From Malacoraja senta (lineage: Eukaryota): 64,000 nucleotides of DNA. The stretch lies in NCBI GenBank assembly GCA_038087875.1, contig JAXLNO010002548.1:1-64000 (forward strand), read 5' to 3'. This document shows, piece by piece, positions 62,740 through 64,000 of this stretch (positions within the stretch are counted from its first letter, which is position 1; each line of letters opens with the position of its first letter). The notes under the pieces were generated by a model that made no database searches, was not told where the DNA came from, and saw only the letters and a list, made by a program, of their open reading frames with translations. A program made the translations under genes and the position numbers.

Positions 62740-63020
62740 GCCATTTTAGCTACTGGCAGCCAGAAGTCAATGAGTGTGAAGCCGGGGGTGGCCATTTTGG
62801 ATGCTGGCATTTCCCTGTGGTGCTGCAGGTGGCCATCTTCTCTACAGGCAGTCTGCCATTTCAGTCCATTGGGAGTGAAGCCCTGGGCGTCCATCTTAGC
62901 TACTGGCAGTCTTCCATTGAAGTCAATGGTAGCGATGCCCAGGGAGGCGGCCATCTTTGGTCAAGGCACTTCCATTGAAGTCAAAGGGACGTGAAGTTCT
63001 GGGCGGCCATCGTAGTTACT
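62740..63020. repeat. Degenerate ~50-59 bp tandem array with YY1-like cores
   Basis: About seven (G)CCAT(C/T)TT-like motifs; TAGCTACTGGCAG and CCATTGAAGTCAA recur. Confidence 0.7.
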
Positions 63021-63169
63021 GGCAGCCTTCGTTTTTTTTCTTTGTCTCGTTCCCTCTTTCTTTCTCTCCCCTTCTCTGGCTTCCTCTTCTCCTTCTTTTC
63101 TCTCTCTCTTTTCCCTCTCTTTGCTGATGAGTGTGAGTGTGTACACGTGGATGAAAGGGAGATGAAATG

Positions 63170-63360
63170 GTGAAGAGAGGGGGAGAGAGAAAGGGCGAGA
63201 GAGATGGAGGGGATAGAGGGGGGGAGGGAGGGAGTGTGTGTGAGAGAAAGAGAGTGTGTGTGCATGAGAGAGAGTGTGTGTGTGTGTGAGAGAGAGGGAG
63301 CGTGTGTGTGTGAGAAAGAGAGTGTGTGTATGAGAGAGAGAGAGGGAGCGTGTGTGTGAG
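63170..63360. repeat. Compound (GA)n/(GT)n simple repeat
   Basis: Direct inspection. Confidence 0.9.
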
Positions 63361-63652
63361 CAGGGCTCTCGCTTAACTTATTTTCCCTGTTGCCAGCCGG
63401 GCAGCCTTGGCAGCTTTTTAGGTTGCCAAATGACAGTTTAGGTGGTCATTCAAGATGGCTTGCATGACGCGTGCGATAAGATGGCTTGCATGACGCGTGG
63501 TCAGGTTCGAACACGGGTCTCTGGCGCTGTAAGGCAGCAACTCTACCATTGCGCCACAAAGTGCTGGAATAAGTCAGCTCCATAGATCTCAGCTTCACTT
63601 TTACCTTCCACAGGGTCCACACGCTCAATCAAAGCTCCTCCAATTACCTGAC

Positions 63653-64000
63653 CTCCACACAGGATCACAAACCTGCCTTTCTCCAGACCAGGCCCCCCGG
63701 CGACTGCGGAGTTACTCCAGCACTTTGCCTTTTTATGTAAACGAGCATCTGCAGTTCCGTGCGTCCACCCCCTCATTAGAACGCGTTAGACCAATCGTGC
63801 GCAGCACAAAACGTTCCATGAGGAAAACGTTCTAACTTTTTGTAAACAAAATGTTTTCCCAGAATGTCGCCTGGATTCGAGAGCTTCAGCTACAGGGCGA
63901 GCTTAGGGACAGTTAGGGTCGACTCTCAGAATCTTTTTACGCCAGGCTGGAAATGTCCAAGACTAGTTGGTATCGCTGTAAGGAGAGAGGGGGGAAAGTT
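63653..64000 (-). repeat. Inverted third copy of part of the duplicated block (matches ~52956-53301 and ~56425-56771), continuing beyond the window
   Basis: Reverse complement is colinear and near-identical, including the non-transposon spacer. Confidence 0.92.

Noticed and set aside
62268-62978. 236-aa ORF, and similar ORFs at 27522, 33128, 3341, 27281 and 32893
   Set aside because: These are translations of LTR and low-complexity sequence that recur only because the LTRs are repeated; no protein motifs.

Overview
Eukaryotic, repeat-dominated genomic DNA, most likely from a cartilaginous fish such as a skate or ray. This is inferred from HE1-like tRNA-derived V-SINEs, CR1/HER1-type and Rex1/Babar LINEs, and Penelope remnants. 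The only host gene I can support is an MHC class I-like heavy-chain gene on the minus strand, with an intact alpha3 Ig C1 exon (26107-26373) and an intact connecting-peptide/TM exon (22203-22310). Its alpha1, alpha2 and leader exons are not securely identified. The window holds several defective endogenous retroviruses: (i) a tandem, rearranged IN-env-LTR unit at 126-3627, whose Env N-terminus looks like a CD300/pIgR-type Ig V domain; (ii) a mosaic, heavily deleted provirus of the same env family at 27227-33362, just upstream of the alpha3 exon; (iii) a 5'-truncated provirus of a second family (45361-50570) with a ~1.5 kb LTR; (iv) a 5' LTR/PBS-Pro/leader remnant (~59575-61584); and (v) a chimeric solo LTR with a 4-bp TSD (62001-62516). 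Also present are a near full-length degenerate L1 (~13150-18804), a Penelope GIY-YIG fragment with a minimal hammerhead ribozyme, non-autonomous DNA transposons, two YY1-motif tandem arrays, a 3.47 kb tandem duplication with an inverted third copy running off the right edge, and a 130-N assembly gap. All calls come from reading the sequence by eye; no database searches were run.
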